DNA of 64,000 nucleotides from Moniliella sp. 'wahieum' (Eukaryota): NCBI GenBank assembly GCA_003971905.1, contig RSEE01000141.1, positions 62,001 to 126,000 of the forward strand, read 5' to 3'. Shown piece by piece: positions 62,016 to 64,000 of this stretch (position 1 is its first letter; each line of letters starts with the position of its first letter). The notes under the pieces were generated by a model. It saw only the letters and a program-made list of their open reading frames with translations, ran no database searches and was not told where the DNA came from. The position numbers and the translations under genes were made by a program.

Positions 62016-64000
62016 ATGGCTTCGGCTGCCACTGCCCCCGCTGCTGGTCAGCCCCAGGCATATGGACTCACCCTCGACACTGCCCAAGCCGCCCAGCTTG
62101 GCGCCCACAACCAGGCCGCCAAGGTTGCTGCTCTCCAGGCCCAGGCTGGCCTTCACGCCCAACTCGATCCCATTTCCCTCGCAGACCAGAGCGCCCACGC
62201 GTATGCCCAGAACCCCGCCTCTGGCGGTGAAGTCCATGCCAACTATGTCTCTACCCTCGATCCCCAGGCCACGACCATGACTGGCGTGGACCCCCGCATG
62301 GACACTAGCATGGAACTTACTCCGGATGAATATGTGGGTGACTACGACCCCCAGTATGCTGCCCAGTATGCCGGCGGCGAGTATGACTACGAAGATGAAG
62401 ATGAAATCGACGACGATGCCGACTATGACGAGGACGACGACCTTTCCTCCTCCCCTTCCATCCCGGACGAGAACATTGACTTTGATTTGGTTTATGCCCT
62501 GCACAACTTTATTGCTACCGTCGAGGGCCAAGCGACGGTGCAAAAGGGAAATAGCCTGAGGCTGCTCGACGACTCGAATTCGTACTGGTAGGTGGAACCT
62601 CTGGACCACTACCGTTCGTTGTGCTGACTCGTTTGTTTTACCCAGGTGGCTAGTGCGGGTCTTACCCACTCAGGAAGTCGGCTACATCCCTGCCGAAAAC
62701 ATTGAGAGTCCTTTTGAGCGCTGGCCCGCCTCAACAAGCATCGTAACGTCGGCCTCTCTTCGGCGACAGCGGCGGACCAGGTGCAAGTAGAGAGAACGTT
62801 CACTCTCGTATTTGGTCAAGACCCGGGAGCACCGCGTCCAGCTCCACCCTTCCTCGGGCAAGCTATCGGCGCTCTCAACCCGATTGGCTGGGAAGATGCC
62901 CACACCCTTGTCCGATCGGCGCAAGTCAACCGTTATGTTTGGCAACTCGACCGTGCTTGAGCTGAGTGATCACGAGGAATGGTCCGAGTCGGATGAGGAG
63001 GGTTACTACGACGACGAGGAAGGAAACGAGGAGGAAGATGAACACGAAAACGAAATGACAGCGAGATGGAGGGCGGGGGAGAAGCTGATGCGAGAGATGT
63101 GTCCGAGATGGACAATTTGACACCTGAACAGCGTATGATATTGCAACAGCAACATCACAATGCTTACTTGGAGCAACAACAGCAACTCGCCCACTATGCT
63201 GCATATGGCCAAGTGCCCGATACGAGCCGCGACTCGGACAGCAGTGCTCAGCTTTACCAAACGGGTGGGGTGGATTACACCCAGGGTCCGTATGCGCTCC
63301 AAAATTCCGCTCAGGATGCGCACCCTGAGCTCTCTCGTGACAGGAGCACTACGCTCAACAAGAGCAGCAGCAGCAAACCTTGTTGGCTCAAGAAGGATCC
63401 AACTCCCATGGCCCCAGCAGCAGCAATATTTCGAGCAACATCAGCAGCAAAAGCGCAGCAGCAACAACGCAGCAACAAACGCAGCACAACAACACAACAC
63501 TGCAGCCTACGGAATTGTCCCAGCAGCAGCAATACTTCCAGTGGAGTCAGCAACAACAGACGCAGCAGCAACAGATGCAGCAACAACAGCTGCTGCAGCA
63601 ACAGCAGCAGCAGCAGTCTACGGATTTGACCTCACAGCTCGCGCAAGAGGGCGAGCCCAAGCCAGTACTGGAGGCGAGACTTTACCTCCCGGACAATCGG
63701 ATGCTGGGGCACGTTTCTCCCCCGATCCGCGGGAGACTTCGCCGAGCCAGGAAGTTGGTATGCGTTCTCGCGACAGCATTGGCTCTGTGATCTCGGACAC
63801 AGGCTCAGGGTCGGCCAATGCCGAAACAGAGCAAAAAGCGGTCCAGCGTGTTTGGGATCTTCTCCCGGCATAAGAAGGAACGCCGTGCAAGCCAAGCTTC
63901 CTCGTCGGGGAGCCTGCAGTCTCAAGAAACAGATTCAGGCGATGGGCCGGCCCAGCTGCCTTCCATCAGTGTGTCAAACTCCCATGACGCCCCGCAGATG
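62016..64000 (+). CDS. TEA4: SH3-domain polarity protein Tea4/Bud14 (runs off the window end)
   Basis: SIPDENIDFDLVYALHNFIATVEGQATV.KG..L.LLDDSNSYW, intron 62588-62645, then WLVRVL.TQEVGYIPAENIESPFERLARLNKHRN. Followed by acidic and polyQ regions. Confidence 0.9.
63360..63616 (+). repeat. CAG/CAA polyglutamine-coding tract in TEA4
   Basis: Interrupted (CAG/CAA)n. The frame reads ...SQQQQTQQQQMQQQQLLQQQQQQQS. Confidence 0.85.

Noticed and set aside
1..64000. Mass pseudogenisation or programmed frameshifting, suggested by frameshifts in nearly every gene
   Set aside because: Indels hit conserved core genes (RAS2, HYM1, LETM1, MRM2), fall mostly in homopolymers and come without motif decay. 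Unpolished consensus error is far more likely.

Overview
This is a gene-dense window of a GC-rich fungal nuclear genome. It is most likely a smut-type basidiomycete (Ustilaginomycotina), since the Ras N-terminus matches what I recall of Ustilago Ras2 and the introns are short with GTACGT/GTGCGT donors and CTAAC/CTGAC branch points. Almost every gene carries single-base indels, mostly in homopolymers. I read these as unpolished consensus error, so gene ends are approximate and the ORF track is fragmented. About 21 protein-coding genes are recognisable: V-ATPase subunit f, a Tag1/DUF3712-like protein, MRS2/LPE10, an Est1/Ebs1/SMG7-like protein, LETM1/MDM38, RAS2, UGO1, an OPT transporter, BTN1, a spliced orphan, DUR3, a PDR ABC transporter, two inverted GRDP/DUF1399 paralogs, HYM1/MO25, MRM2, a coiled-coil protein, a tiny secreted repeat-peptide precursor, LAS17/WASP, RidA and TEA4/BUD14. 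There is also one intron-containing tRNA-Arg(ACG). Two things stand out. (1) Many intergenic regions carry chains of hexameric palindromes of the form A-x-y-y'-x'-T separated by exactly one base. The 7-nt register is kept while the palindrome identity changes along the chain; at least 11 different hexamers are used. (2) A hidden ~86-aa secreted precursor at 52763-53133 (minus strand) appears to release two homologous amphipathic peptides at ER/KR sites.
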